DNA of 64,000 nucleotides from Eledone cirrhosa (taxonomy: Eukaryota). Position numbers and translations under genes: made by a program. Shown here piece after piece: positions 14,121 through 28,589 of this stretch (positions are counted from its first letter, which is position 1; each line of letters starts with the position of its first letter). Under the pieces are notes generated by a model that had not been told where the DNA came from, did not search any database, and saw nothing but the letters and a program-made list of their open reading frames with translations. The stretch lies in contig OZ024747.1 of NCBI GenBank assembly GCA_964016885.1, positions 35,588,001 through 35,652,000 of the forward strand, given 5' to 3'.

Positions 14121-14390
14121 ATTGTCTTAAAAGACTTATTTTCCAGTGACTTCTCAATCAGGCGAAAAAGGACACTCTTCGACAAACCTACATTTGGGGC
14201 AAAATCAATTTTTAACATTCACGTGACTCTACCGACCAATCCAAAATTGTTTTGACAACAAGAATTTTTGTGACATGAATTGGCGCGAAATTTATAGTAC
14301 TCATTTACATGACATTCAACAACCAACCAAATCTTAATACCTCGGGAGCCACTTTTTTCACATAAAAGAGGTAGAATTTCCAAAACTCAT

Positions 14391-14580
14391 CAGACTAGAG
14401 CGAACATCACGGGCGCTCTATCTTAAATTTATTTTTGAAAAGCATTAGAAGTGCGCGTTCGGTAAAAACTTAAAACTAAAACTGAATACTAACCAATACT
14501 TATTACTAATTTTTACTTATTCCTAATTAAACTATTTTTCACTGGGAAAAATTTGTCACCATTTTCTTTTCCTTTTACTA

Positions 14581-14582
<2 letters not shown>
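14391..14582 (+). repeat. Unclassified dispersed repeat (second copy at 38253-38445)
   Basis: About 190 bp of clear similarity between the two loci, both adjacent to (TA)n. Confidence 0.75.
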
Positions 14583-14611
<29 letters not shown>

Positions 14612-17063
14612 TACCCTCATCTAAGAACGAGTTTTATTGATAGGAAAATCCATATCTTATTATGTTCTATATGTGTTTCCAATTGTTTCAATGTGCTGCC
14701 CTTCTCCGAGTTTTTTTCTGATTTCCAATTACTGATTGGTACAGGACGGTTCAGTCAATATTGTTTTGAGTTGAGATGCAGTGTATTATAATGTCCTCAG
14801 CACTTAACCAATTGAATGTTGGATTTTAGTGCAAGAAGAGTTCATTTTAAGAATTACAAGAAATAATAACAGATAAAGAAAACAATTACTTTAGGTGATG
14901 AGAAATTGGAGAAAAATAAAACGAAAACAATAATTAAAAAAAGTACCGCAATTCTCTCTAACACATGCAAAATATAAAACGAGACCTAATTAAAAACGTA
15001 TTTAAATGTAAACTATTATTGAGTGGATTTTCAAAGTTAAAATAACTTCCGATTAAAATATTCATTTAGTTATGAACAACATTCTAGAAAACTAAATTTA
15101 AAACTTAGCTTTCCCAAATATCAGAAATATTTACATTTATGGTCGAGTATTTTCCCCATTGTAGCGGAAATAGCCTAAACGTAGTCTCTACTTGATTCCA
15201 ATGAAAGTGGTAATGAACATCACAAATATAAAAGAAGAGAATATACTAGGAATAGACAGCAGATGCCGATTAAGATGAAGCTTTGTATTTATGTCTTATT
15301 GTTCATGTTGTCCCCTATAGCTGTTGATTACTTTTGTTTTTAATAAAAAAAATCAAAAAAATCTGATGATTTTGCAATAAGACAATCGTGTGATTAAAGC
15401 AGCAAATCGTCTGATAAAGGAGCAACTCTTTACTGTTGAAGGGATTATTGATGGTATGGGTGAAGTCGAGGAAGAATTTAAAAGTTTCCCCTTATGCAGA
15501 CTTCGAGACTGATTCAGCGATTTGGGTGAAAAAATTCAGTGTGGTCGTCGAGTAGCTGATACTGATAGGGGAGGGGAAGATTATGAAAATGTAGATGAAT
15601 GGTGGTTAGACACATTGACTATATCTTAAGTTGTTTCTGTTTATTAGATTGCCTGCAATGAGTACTCTTTATCTGTGTATGGAACTACTTATTTTTTGCT
15701 CATGATCTCAGCGTCACAATCGAAAACTTTCCAGTTTCATATTCAATTCAGATCTATATCTGATACGTAACAACGCAACATAGTCTTACGATCTTTCAAC
15801 GTCTCTTTCTTTAACGATAGAAGAAGAGATGTATAGTTACAAAATCATGAAATCAAATGTAGACAACTGTCGTGTTTTACATGTGAAAATATACATCGGC
15901 TGAAGTAATTGTAAATATTTTCTTTCTGTTCGAATAATATTTCATTTCGTCATCAAACCGATCCATCGAATTGAACGTTGTGAGCAACATAACCGTGATT
16001 CATATTGGAGATGGATCATTGCCTTGCACGTTGATTTGAGAAATTTGCCATCTATCTTGTCTGTTATCATTTATCATCGCCTTTCCATCATTAAATATCG
16101 ACCAACATCTAACAATTTGACGTGTCCTCTACTGCAAATGCATTTCCAATGACCGACTATATATTCATCCAACAATGAACAAACAAAATGGTTTTGCTTT
16201 AGCCATCCATAAATTCATGCTTAAGTAAACAGGAGCATATCAAACCGCATCGTTTTTCCTACAAGTGATTGCCCGTTCATAAGTCAATAAATAAAATACA
16301 AAGAGAATATAACATATCTAAATGTATCAAGACGTATCGTACAAATCAAACTGTTACTCGGATATATATTAGAAAATATGTAGATACGCATACGTAATCT
16401 GTTGTATATACACATCATCAGAAATTACAATATATATAAATTTCTTTAGATGAAAAGAAATGCCTATATATGATTGTACATCGGGATACACTTTCATTAA
16501 TATATGTATTGAGACATACTTCTATGAGGATATAATAATCAAGGGACATGTGTAAGAGATATCGTTCAAATGAGAATTTCAAAAAGAACATATCATTTAT
16601 CTACACAACGTCGTTAGCATATAATTTTAAAATAGGGGGCACACGGGAAAAAGACAATAGAAAAAACAACAGGAAGTTAGACAGACCTATCTCATCAGTC
16701 AACCTCTGGAAATCACTAAGTTGATAATGTTGACACCGTGAATTCCAGTTCACATTGGGACATAACAAAACAGGAAAAGTAAAGTTATGCCTTTAGGCGA
16801 AATACACAGATATGGATGAAACATTATCCCAAGTGCGTCAGCTAAAAGGAGAGAACGATGTGTGAAGGCTTAGCCAAAGGAAAAACATAGAAATGAGAAA
16901 AATATTAAAACAGAAGAGAATAATAATGACACTGAATCAAATAACATATATGAAGGGACTGTTCGTCTTTAAGTTGTTTTTTGTAAAGTCCTTGTCCAGT
17001 GGGCCACTATATTAAATACACACACACGCACACACACATACAAACTCACACACACACACACAT

Positions 17064-17097
<34 letters not shown>

Positions 17098-17140
17098 TAG
17101 TTTAGCGAGGTTTTTTATATGAAATCGTGTGTCGAAACAG

Positions 17141-17717
17141 ATATTGTTATACCTGGGAAGGGTCATATTTGCGTAATATTGCCAGAATTAATAACAGAAC
17201 ACACTCACTGTTTGGTTGGTTTTCGCTTCTCGCTGTCTTTTATATCTGCGATCTAACTTACTCGGTCCTCAATGTTGCCATTGACTGACCGACGGTCAAA
17301 AATAATACAGATACAATATAGACACAAACACATATATATAGTTTACATAATTTACATAAATCTTTCGTTGCACATCTGCAACATCGTCAGTGGTGTTATA
17401 TTTTTTTCCTCCTGTTGACTGAATAAAAATGGCGTAGACATACAACACAACAGGAGGAAAAAAAATATAACACCACTGACGATGTTGCAGATGTGCAACG
17501 AAAGATTTATGTAAATTATGTAAACTATATATATGTGTTTGTGTCTATATTGTATCTGTATTACTTTTGACCGTCGGTCAGTCAATGGCAACATTGAGGA
17601 CCGAGTAAGTTAGATCGCAGATATAAAAGACAGCGAGAAGCGAAAACCAACCAAATAGTGAGTGTGTTCTGTTATTAATTCTGGCAATATTACGCAAATA
17701 TGACCCTCCCCAGGTAT

Positions 17718-17725
<8 letters not shown>
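17141..17725. mobile_element. Near-perfect 585-bp palindromic (fold-back) element with an HHR core
   Basis: Arms 17141-17417 and 17448-17725 with a 30-nt spacer. CTGACGA-T-GTTGC-agatgt-GCAAC-GAAA at 17476-17503 and its mirror image in the left arm. Confidence 0.85.
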
Positions 17726-17754
<29 letters not shown>

Positions 17755-18313
17755 AAGTTATATTTAAAATTGTTGGGTTACAACTAGTAAATATTTATAA
17801 CTGATATAAAAGCACTCGACAAATACTTGGAGTATATTTACAATATTAAATAAATGGAAAACTATATTTATAAAACCATATTTATTTCATTATATATATT
17901 TCGGGGATATCATATTAACAATATGCTATGCCTTCATCAGACAAAATACAATATAAACAGTTTTATAGATAAATATATTCGACATACCGTAATAAACATC
18001 AACTTCATTTGAAGAGGTTCACCCTAGCAGTGAAAATACAGAGAGAAAGAAAGAGAGAGAGAAAAGAGGGAAATAAGAAAGAAAGAAAGACAAAACGAAG
18101 AAAAGGAAGAAAAAGAAGAAAAAGAAGAAATGCATGGGACAAAATAGAGAGATGGAAAAATAGATAAAGCGAAGAGCTTCATGTAAAGAGACCGAAAGAG
18201 ATATATATATATAGAGAGAGAGAGAGGAAATAGAGATAGATACATATATAAATATAGATATAGAAAAATTAGGTAGTGGGAGGTCATTTTGAGTAAGTGT
18301 ATCAATGATGCAT

Positions 18314-18348
<35 letters not shown>

Positions 18349-19930
18349 GCTCAAGTATTAATGTAAGGGAGATATATAGAGAGATATAGAGAGATATAGA
18401 GAGAGAAAAATTTAAAAATAGCCAGACATATTCGAGGTGTAGGAAACCCTATGTTTTAATGTATTAGTATTTATAAAACTTACACTATATTGTAAATATC
18501 AGTATTCCTGAATGAAACAAGTATTCACAATGCGTGAAAATTCATTATCTTATGTTTAGTTTTTAAAAAAAATTCATATGTCTATGTGAATCCAACTGAT
18601 TCACTCCGCAAATTCAAAGTTACCGGAAAACATTCTCAATGTGGTATAAAAATTTGAGCGTATTATTATTCTTGCGATTACTCTACAAGATTATCTATCA
18701 AGCAGAAATAGAGAGCAGATTTCAATATACTAATCGAAAATATATATTATATTATAAGCAGAGATAACAATAATAATGATAATAAGTAAAAATATATAAA
18801 AATATAAAAATATAGAATAGAAAACTAAAAAAGAATAATTACGAAAGAATATTACATAATAAAAATATTGCATATTAAAAATACTACGTATTAAAAATAT
18901 TACGTATTAAAACTTTACATATAAAAATATTAAAAATAAAAATTTACATATAAAAATATTAAAAATAAAATAAAATAAAATAAAAAATAAAAATATAAAA
19001 ATATTATAGAATACTACAATACTAAAAGAATAAAAAAAGAATAAAAATAAAAATAAAAATAAAAATAAAAATAAAAATAAAAATAAAAATAAAAATAAAA
19101 ATAAAAATAAAAATAAAAATAAAAATAAAAATAAAAATAAAAATGAAAATAAAAATAAACCATAAAGAACAACCCTTCAAGGTTAATTGACAATATATTG
19201 CCAAGTTCACTACAAGACAAAGCCAAAAATTATCTATCAAATCACATCTAGCAAGGAATATCGCAAAAAAAGATTATGATGTCCAATAATGTCTACATAT
19301 GTTCCTATATTTAATATATAAGTTTATCAAGTGTAAGGTTAATTCAGAAAATTTGGAGCATCGGCTTTTAGGGTAGCTTAATTTTTCATGATGAATGTTT
19401 AGATAAAAATAAAAATAAAAATAAAAATAAATAAAATAAAATAAACAATAAAAAGAGTAAAAAGAGGGAATCAAAGATTTAGGAATCAAAAGATTTATCG
19501 GCTAGTTCACATATAAATATAAATCAAACTAAATATACTACATTTTAAATTTAAATTTATATTTAAACGTTGAGTTTAATCTATGTTTGCAACAACTGAA
19601 TAAATTTGTCCGTAGGTTAAGGGAATTTTTAGATTTTAGTATAAAGAATATCTCCTCTGCGCAGAGGTCACATGTCTCAGAGGATGAATTAAAAGGAATC
19701 CCTCTTGAGACTATATTCCAAGCCGTCGAATATCTAACGTTATCTAGCTTAAGTTGCCAAATGAAGTTGATGTTTATTACGGTATGTCGAATATATTTAT
19801 CTATAAAACTGTTTATATTGTATTTTGTCTGATGAAGGCATAGCATATTGTTAATATGATATCCCCGAAATATATATAATGAAATAAATATGGTTTTATA
19901 AATATAGTTTTCCATTTATTTAATATTGTA
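17755..19930 (-). mobile_element. 5'-truncated Penelope-like element with inverted pLTR
   Basis: GIY-YIG C-terminus at 19540-19757(-): W..V..CDLCAEE....LNLRTNLFSCCKHR. 173-bp inverted repeats at 17839-18011 and 19758-19930 each contain an HHR (17885-17946 -, 19823-19884 +). (TA)n on both sides. Confidence 0.85.
19030..19160. repeat. (AAAAAT)n simple repeat inside the PLE 3' region
   Basis: Seen directly. Confidence 0.9.
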
Positions 19931-19949
19931 TATATATATATATATATTT

Positions 19950-20650
19950 ATGGCATTAGTATTGGTGCTCTGAAATAGCGACGTATACATGAATGTATGT
20001 ATAGTATATTTGGCAATGTACTGTATGTTTAATTAAAAACATTTAGAAGACCATTCGCTGTGTAGTGACTATGTCACTTACTTATTCTCGACAAATAACA
20101 ACAGAGAGAGATCGACAGACAGTCTGTTTCTTGCTTGTGAGCGTTTATCAAGACCACACACGCCGCTGCCTTTGCTGAGAATTATAGAAGCTGGATTCTT
20201 ATAAAATTCCTGGTGCAGATTATACAGAGCGATTGCCGTTCCAGCAAAAAATAGATATTAGTATTGGTTCTCTGAAATAGCGATGTATACATGAATGTAT
20301 GTATAGCATATTTGGCAATATACCGTATGTTTAATTAAAAACATAGAGAAGACCATTCGCTATGAGTTTTAAATTTTGCTGGAACCGCTTGTTATAATCA
20401 GCTCCTGGTTATTACTGGAATTCTACAAGAATCCAGCTTCTATAATTCTCAGCAAAAGCAGCGGCGTGTGTGGTCTTGATAAACGGTCACAAGCGAGAAA
20501 CAGACTGTCTGTCGATCACTATCTGTTGTTATTTGCCGAGAATAAGTAAGTGACATATTCACTACCTTAAAACTGATAGCGAATGGTCTTCTAAATGTGT
20601 TTTTATTAAACATACAGTATATTGCCAAATATACTATACACACATTCATA
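19950..20650. mobile_element. Family-D HHR repeat: ~302-bp tandem unit plus an inverted copy
   Basis: ATTAGTATTGGT.CTCTGAAATAGCG at ~19955 and ~20257. An inverted copy lies at ~20373-20650. HHRs at 20110-20155(-) and 20470-20519(+). Confidence 0.75.
20470..20519 (+). ncRNA. Type I hammerhead with variant U3-A8 core
   Basis: GTGGTC-TTGATAA-acggtcacaagcga-GAA-ACAGACtGTCTGT-C^GATCAC. Confidence 0.7.
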
Positions 20651-21817
20651 TATATATATATATATATTTATTTATTTATAAGAAACAGAGACTGTATAGT
20701 TGCTGGATAAGGTGTATTTATGAATAAGAGGAAAGCAGGTACGGAGGATCATTTTCTTTCATCAGTTGTCTGCTGGGGTACATGAATATTTCTACGCATT
20801 AAAGACAAGATATCTAGCTCCAGTACGTCAATAACTTAAGGATGTTATTGGGAAGAAAAGGCGAGACAGAAAAAGAAATGTAACGGAAGGGAAAAGGGAA
20901 GAAAAAGGAAAAGAAAACAGTGAAAAAGATAACGCAAAACGACATGGGAAGGAAACCCGAAAGCACATGTGTGTGAGCAGCTCGAAGAGAGAGAAAAAAT
21001 TAAAGTCGACATCAGCTACTGGACTTAAGTCCGAGGATGTGTGGACGAGAAAAAAAACGTCTGACCTCCGCAAGAGTAAGTGAAAAAGACAGGCGAGAGG
21101 AACCGCGGGTGGTTAGCAAAGGGAGGGAGAGTAATAGTGAGAGGGAGAAAGGGAGAGAATGATAGAAGGGGGAAGAGTTGATAGCAACAAAATAGATAGG
21201 GAGAAAGAGAGAACAGATAACAGCAAAACTTCTACTCATTTAGAAATAAATGATTTTAATGCTTTAGTGGATGTTTCTATATTTACCTAACTATGGTGCA
21301 TTTTTTGAAATGATTAAAGGAATTAATTTATGTCAAAATAGATAGAAATCTATGTCAACTGGGAACAAGTATCAATACATAAATTTCCTCGTTTTAACAA
21401 CTGCATAAGTGTCATTCTTTATTGGTATAAAAGTATAATTTTAATATTAAGATACTTTTAGCCAATAATAGAGATTTGCTATTCTTTTTTTTTAATATGT
21501 GCATCACACTTCAATTTCTTGGTTCATTTAATCTTTTATTGGAAGACAAATTTGATTCAGCTCACTGTCCCGTGAATATGATACATTACATTATATAATC
21601 CTAGTTAATTAGCCATCAATACTCTTCAGAAATTTCGTTGTTTCCCATGGGATTCAAAACTTAAAATATGTGAAATAACTAAGATTAATTTTAGACAATT
21701 TCAAATGATTCAAATCTGTAATCGCGGTATAATTATGTTTGTATTAGATATATACATCATTTCACATAGAATTAGGAAATTTCTATCACTATTATAACAG
21801 CCTGTGTGCGGCAATCG

Positions 21818-22014
21818 AGCGGTGAATTGGCAGTATCAGTGGTGAATCGGACACGGCCCTTTACTGTCTGAATTCAAATCCTGCCGTGGTTAACTTTATC
21901 TTTCATCCTTACGGGATCGATAAAATAAAGCACCAGTAACGTACTGGGGTCGATTTAATCGAATGTTCCCTTCCACCAAATTGCTGGCCTTGTGCCTATA
22001 CTAGAAATCCTTAT
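21818..22014 (+). mobile_element. tRNA-derived SINE, family 1 variant
   Basis: GCGGTGAATTGGCAGTATC...TTCAAATCC...TTTCATCCTTACGGGATCGATAAAATAAAG...GCTGGCCTTGTGCC. Confidence 0.8.
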
Positions 22015-24082
22015 TGTGTGGCAATGAAAAGGGTGCATATGCTAGAATTAAAATTAAAACCTATATTTGTAATGATGTCACACAAATTATTTTCGATATA
22101 TTCGGTAATAGAATCCTGTATTTTCAAAAACTGCACCTCTGTTTGATATATACTGTTTGATAAACGCTTGCGAGACAAGCGTCACTGTCATAAAACCCAT
22201 ATCACAATGAATTGATAAGTAGTATGTGTTTCCTGGTTCCCAATTTAAAAGTTTCAAACGGAGAAGAGACATGTAAGGGAAATGTTTTCTCATATATTTA
22301 TTCCAAGTATTTTCTGTAGATTCGGAGAACCATATTCTAAAATGAAGTATGAAATATTAGGGGTTAATAATTGATATAATTACACGAGAAAACTCATGCC
22401 AGTGTAATTTGTCTGCGAGGTTTATTCATTAGCAATATTTCATTTGATATTATCTCTGGTAAATAACACAAAATTCAGGAAATATGTATCATATATATGT
22501 ATTTCTATTTATTAACCATACATATATATCTAAGGTGAATCAATTTCTAATGAATCAATAATAGACGAACTAAAAGACAAGTACTAGTTTAATACGAAGT
22601 GCTAGTATAGACATTCACCAGCAGATGCTTCTGCTATCAAACTTCTCTGTCTACAAAGTACTGCGTTTTAATCTGGTGAAGAACAAATATTGTACTGTTT
22701 ATAGTTGACGTCAAATCCTCAACTTTAATAACAATCGTTAGCGACAAATGGAAATATTTTCCAGTATGAAATTAAGAATTATGAATTATATAGTAAGGTA
22801 AATTAGGAAAGAAGGTGCCTGAAGAAAGATCATATATAATTGTAACAATTTTGATCGTAATCATACCTATAAATATGCTGATAGCAGATACAGAACACAG
22901 GGAAATAATTATTAAGCGTACGTTATGATCGGGAATGCGAACGTTACTAACAAAATTATCATATTCGAACATTACTAATTTAAAATTTGGAAAATGGGAT
23001 ATATTTTGATAAGCAGTAAAAACAAAAGAAATATATTCAGTAGAGTACTCTGTATATGGTTCAAATCAATTAATATTTAAAGATTGAACTCACATAACGC
23101 ATTACTAACAAAGATAAAAGATGAGCGGAATCCACCATATGAAACCATAATTTAACTTAGTTTAATTTAATATTACTTGGACTCCAGAAATAACCTCAAC
23201 TACACACTTATTCTTTGTACCTACACATGTCTATGTGTAACCTCTCTCTCATAATTTATAGACAACATATAATATGTAATATGATACATATATATATATA
23301 TCATATCATCTTCGTCGGAATGCGGGCATTGAAGAGGTGTGGTAATTCTTCGACCGGCAATATGTGGTCCTTTGAGTAACGCGTTGTTCAGATTGACTTT
23401 GGCTATAGATGCACAGTGCAGGGAATTGATTAATTAATTAATCAATTCCCCACCTTCACTTTTTAGATATACTCTATACTCAGTCACTAGCAATCTATTT
23501 AGTTTGAACTTCGCAATGATATTCTGGATGACCGTACCGGTTAAAAAGAAACAAGACCAAATTTAGCCCCTGATGCAAGTGCACATGTATACGCACGAAA
23601 TAGCTTGTCAACTCCTTATTATTCCAACAATATACTTTCGTAAACCATAGCCATTTAAAAAACTGTCTTTATTTAACATAAATTTAGAATAAAGTGTTTG
23701 TAAGTCCTAGTAAATCTTATTGTTTTCGGAAATTCCTTAATCTTATAATTCCAATTTTTCATGCAATCTTAAAACATTTATAATTGTTTGTATCTTGTTA
23801 CAATTCCATTTCTGTTGCAGGTAATAGTATTATAATTTTTTTCCATCTCTAAATATTTCTTACCAGCGTGATAGACAGATAACTCTGACCGACGACAAAT
23901 ACATTAATAAATTGTGATCTCTGATGTAGTGTATAATAAAGAATCTCTATAATCGACGAATTAGTTGAGTCTTTAGAACGGTTGTTACAATGCTTTCTGG
24001 TAATCTTGTCATCATTGTGCGCTCTCTGATTTCACACTCCCCAGATGTCGACATTCCATTTGATTCTTTCTATATTGATAAT

Positions 24083-24161
<79 letters not shown>

Positions 24162-25173
24162 CTTCCAACAATTTTCCCCCAGAAGTAAGCGGCTCTGATG
24201 TGATTGTCTACTCTGTATTTTAGACATGTCCCTGAGAAACTCACACACTACTACTCCATTGGAAGTAAAGCATTCATACATAGACAGAGAAAGACATTTA
24301 CGAGAAGGAATTAAACAAAATATTGAATAGAGAATAGAGTAGAAAACCCAGATGCAACAGGGTAGATATTTTCTGTAGTTAGATAATGCAATTTCCACAG
24401 CCAAGAGTGTGTAGGAATTCTTTACAAGTATAAGTCAAAGAATGCTATGTTCCTTTTTGTAACGTTTACTTTGCTCCTACTCGTTACTTTAAATAATTAA
24501 TTTTATCTAACATTAATGTTTATTCTTCCTGTATCATATACCATATCTGCCAAGAACATGTTGATCCTCTAATCTCCTTCAACAATTATATTTATTCCTT
24601 TACATGAAGAGCGGCAGTATTAAAGTAAACAGGTTCCTCAATAATTCCCGGTATTACCACACAAAGGCATGTCCTGAAAAAACTGTTCATTGTGAAAAAA
24701 CTTCTATGCTGCAAAATTGAGTAGACTGGTCAATATACACTTTTGCTATTTAGTTACAGTCAATTTGTTTCGGGCTGAAACCCGAGACATATTTTTACAT
24801 CATTAAAAGAACTATGAAATCCAATATGTATCCAAAGTTCATATTATCTATTTTATTCCTCCAATCCTAAATGAACGTCTTATCTTTGTTTACGAATCAG
24901 CGTTGATGTTTTGTGGGATACATGAAGTCTTCTATTTACAGAATTAAATACATCTTATAAGACGTGCATGCCATTAATCAAGTTTCATAGGTGTTTTGTG
25001 ATTATGGTTTAACAGATGCATATGCATTATTTGCGTGAGACAATATGAGAGTAAGTGCGTAAGGGAGAGATGGATCGTTTATGACGTGAGATTGAAAGTG
25101 ATGACGACTTTTGCTGAGAGATAAATACAGCGAGAGAGAGAGAGAGAGAAATAGATATATAGATAGATAGATA

Positions 25174-27550
25174 AATCTTTTTATTAGCCACACGGGCACA
25201 AAAGAAGGGGACATATACAAATGGGGAGTTTACATACAGGTATATGAAATTAAAACTATTAATACAATACCAAATAACAATTGAAATCCCCAATAGGGGG
25301 GAGGTGTTACACAGGGGTTCTACACACCCCGAAATAATGTACAACCCTCATCTCCAGCACCAAGAGTGAGTACTCCCTTCCTCTCTTCCTCTTTTTCCTC
25401 AACCTACAGGCTTATATAGAGAGAAGGCCCAACCACTCGGGCCATATTTGCCACAGTCACCCACCTTTTATAAAATTTGCTGGGGTACAGCACCTCTCTC
25501 TCCATCCTGATTCTTCTTCCAAAATGATATTTGAAAAAACGAATCAGTTACTCGCCGGAGAGAAAGGTGTCTGACCTCAGCCCTTTTAAACTCGTCCACC
25601 ATATAACCTCTTTCACCATAGCCATAACACATAGATAAACCGCTTCCCTCTCGTCTTTGAAGGAGGGTGACGGTTTGATCATGACAATGGACTCGTTGGT
25701 CAACTGGATTGCTTCCCCCCCCCCCGCGACAATAGTCGTTTTACATAGCCCCACAGGTCGGTAACGCCCGGGCAGTGTACAAATGCGTGTGCGATGGTTT
25801 CCTCGTCACGCACGCATCTCGGACAGATCTTTTTCGAAGGGTCCCTCTCCGGGCGCCCGCGTCTGTAGAGCTTGTCTCGAACTGGTAGAGCTCCTCGGTA
25901 GCACTGCCAGACCAGGGACTTTTGGAAGTTGTCCATTGGTCCCGGGCGGAAGGTCCTACCGAACAGACTGGCCAGTTAGTCCTCCTCTACGTCTAGAGTT
26001 TATCCGAGCGTGTCGTCGCACTTTCTGCGGACCAATCTTCTATAGAATGTCGAAGTGGAGTCTCCACTGATCGTCGCGTCCGTTTGAGAGAGGACTGTGA
26101 GCGCCTGAGCACATTCGATGTGCCAGTCCCCCATTTTCCTCGGTCTTTGCTTGACCCAGGACTGCAGCTCCGCCAGCGAGACGAGTCGTGGGAGGGCTCG
26201 CCTTACGAACGGGGCCCACACCGGTTGTCAGGTGAGGAATACGTGGAGACGCCGCAGCCAGAGCGCGTGTTTGCGCATCGTCAGCCACGGCACCCCAGCC
26301 CTCCGTTTGAAGGGTGTTGGCTGCAGATGGATCTTCTCACCAAAGGAGCCCGTTTCTTCCAAAGGAATTGGAAGAGCGCGCGCTCCATTTTGGTGAGCGT
26401 TTTGGCTGGACAAGGCATGACGGTCAAGCGGTAGTAGATGACGGACGCTATAAAAGTGTTCGCCACCTGCGGTCGACCTTTCAACGATAGTTTGCACTCG
26501 GCCCACTTCTGGGTGAGCGCAAACACCTTGGCCGTCACCTCATTCCAGTTCTTCTCCACCAGGAAGTCTGGACCAAACCAGACCCCGAGCAGCTTTACAG
26601 GTCCTTCCGCCCAGCGTCCGACGACGTCATCGGAAGGCATCGGTTTCCCTCTCCACGTTCCGAGTTGCAAACCGACAGATCTGTCCCGGTTCAGCTTTGC
26701 TCCTGTGAACCTTTCATATTACTCCAGTAAGGTGCCGATCTCCCCGATTTGCGAGGTGCTCGACACCATTACTGTCATATCGTCGGCGTAGGCCGACGCC
26801 GCTTTTCGCAGTTCCGGTTTCAAAAGGATGCCCTGCAATAGCTCCAACTTACGCAATAGTGGGTCCAGAGTCTGTACGTACAGAAGGGAGGAGAGAGGGC
26901 ATCGCTGTCGGATGGATCGCGTGATATGGAACGGTTCCGAGAGGTAGCCGTTCACCTTGACCCTTGAGCAGATGTTGCTGCTGTGCATTGCAGCAATCCA
27001 GCCCCTGAACTCGAGTCCAAAGCCTGCCGCCTCGAGCACCGCATCCAGGTAACGATGATCAAACCTATGGAAAGCCTTAGACTGATTCAAGTTGATCAGA
27101 GCCCAACCGAAGCCGGGTTTACACCCTACCCTCTCTATGATGTATCGCATAAGGTGGAGGTGGTCGTGTATGGACCTGGTCGGGATTGCGCATGTCTTCG
27201 CTTCTCCCACCATGTTTTCGACGACAAGCGCCAGCCTCTTTGGCAACACCTTGGCCAAAATCTGTAACTCTGTGTTGAGCAGAGTTATGGGCCGGAAGTT
27301 GCCTATGTCATCCCTCTTGTTCTCGTCATTTCTGACTAACGTGATTACGCACTTGGTCACAGAACTGGGAATTCTCCCGTTCTGTTGCCAGTTGCAGTAG
27401 ACCACTTCCAGGAGACCGGAGAACAAGTCCGGCATTGCTACGTAAAATGTGTAGGGTAGACCGTCGAGACCTGGATATTTGCGTTTGCCGCATTGGCTCA
27501 GCGCGCCCCCTATCTCAGCGGCCGAAATTGGCCTTTCGCAGAACTTCGCC
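25174..27550 (-). mobile_element. 5'-truncated Tx1/L1-type LINE (RT plus C-terminal zinc finger), frameshifted
   Basis: FRPITLLNTELQILAKVL, QSKAFHRFDH, SIRQRCPLSSLLY, AYADD, KLLGVWFG, SLKGR..VANTFIASVIYY, GGLG, CPRC..ETIAHAFVHC. AATAAA lies at the 3' end, and (GATA)n flanks both ends. Confidence 0.9.
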
Positions 27551-27553
27551 TAT

Positions 27554-27584
<31 letters not shown>

Positions 27585-28502
27585 TATAGATAGATAGATA
27601 GATTTCTATAGATAGATAGACAGAGTGTGTATGTATGTGTATGTGTGTGTTTTTGTGTTTGTGTGAGAAAGATAGTTTAAAAAGTAATTTAACAGTAACC
27701 CAATCTTCACCGAGAAAGTCAATCGAAACATTATTTGAACAATTTATCAAGGTACGTACATGATTAATAAATATTTTTACCGGTAGCGTAGTGATGGGTA
27801 ACGCACAAGTAAACAATAAAAATATAAATAGATAATTTGAAAATCAAATTCAAGGGAGATTAGAACTTTGAAACATGAATTGTGCAAAAATTCACATTTA
27901 GTTCCTCATTTCATTTTCTCCAAACTTCTGATATAATGTGCACCTTGAGTCTCAATAATTAACGACTATCATTTTGATTAATTATCCCTAGGTAAAACTT
28001 AAACAAATAGGAATATAAATAATAACAGCTATTATTTATTTTTGGAATGTATATAGAAACTGCGTAGGTAAATAAGTGAGTGTTCTGTGAAATAGTTATG
28101 GAATGTATATACACGGTAGTGAATGTAAGGAGAAGAGAAAAAATAGAGGGGTGGGGTGGGGGAGAAGAGAATTAATCAATTAATCTTTCCTCCAGGCAGT
28201 TAATATTGATTAATGATGTTTAATTCTATCTATTTCTAGGAAACATTGCTACGAATGCTTCCCTAGGGATTATTCTGTTAATAGGAACCAGTTATTTTCA
28301 TTTTCCTAATATGTGTTGGGAGAACATTTGAACATGTTCTTTTTTATTCGTAGCAACTAAAATCGTTTATCCTCAGGTTATAAAACATTGAAAAGCAGAG
28401 AACTGTAAATAACTTTGCAGATATTTCAAACTGTATGAAACTGGTAATGTGCATTAAGAAAAAAAAAGTATATTCAGTAAAATTAAGTTTTACCTCGGCA
28501 GC

Positions 28503-28589
<87 letters not shown>

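Noticed and set aside
15420-16260. Possible decayed coding sequence or host exon
   Set aside because: The frames I translated have stops and no recognisable motif.
17141-17725. A/G-only substitutions between palindrome arms as a trace of A-to-I editing
   Set aside because: Only about three substitutions, in mixed directions; ordinary transitions explain them.
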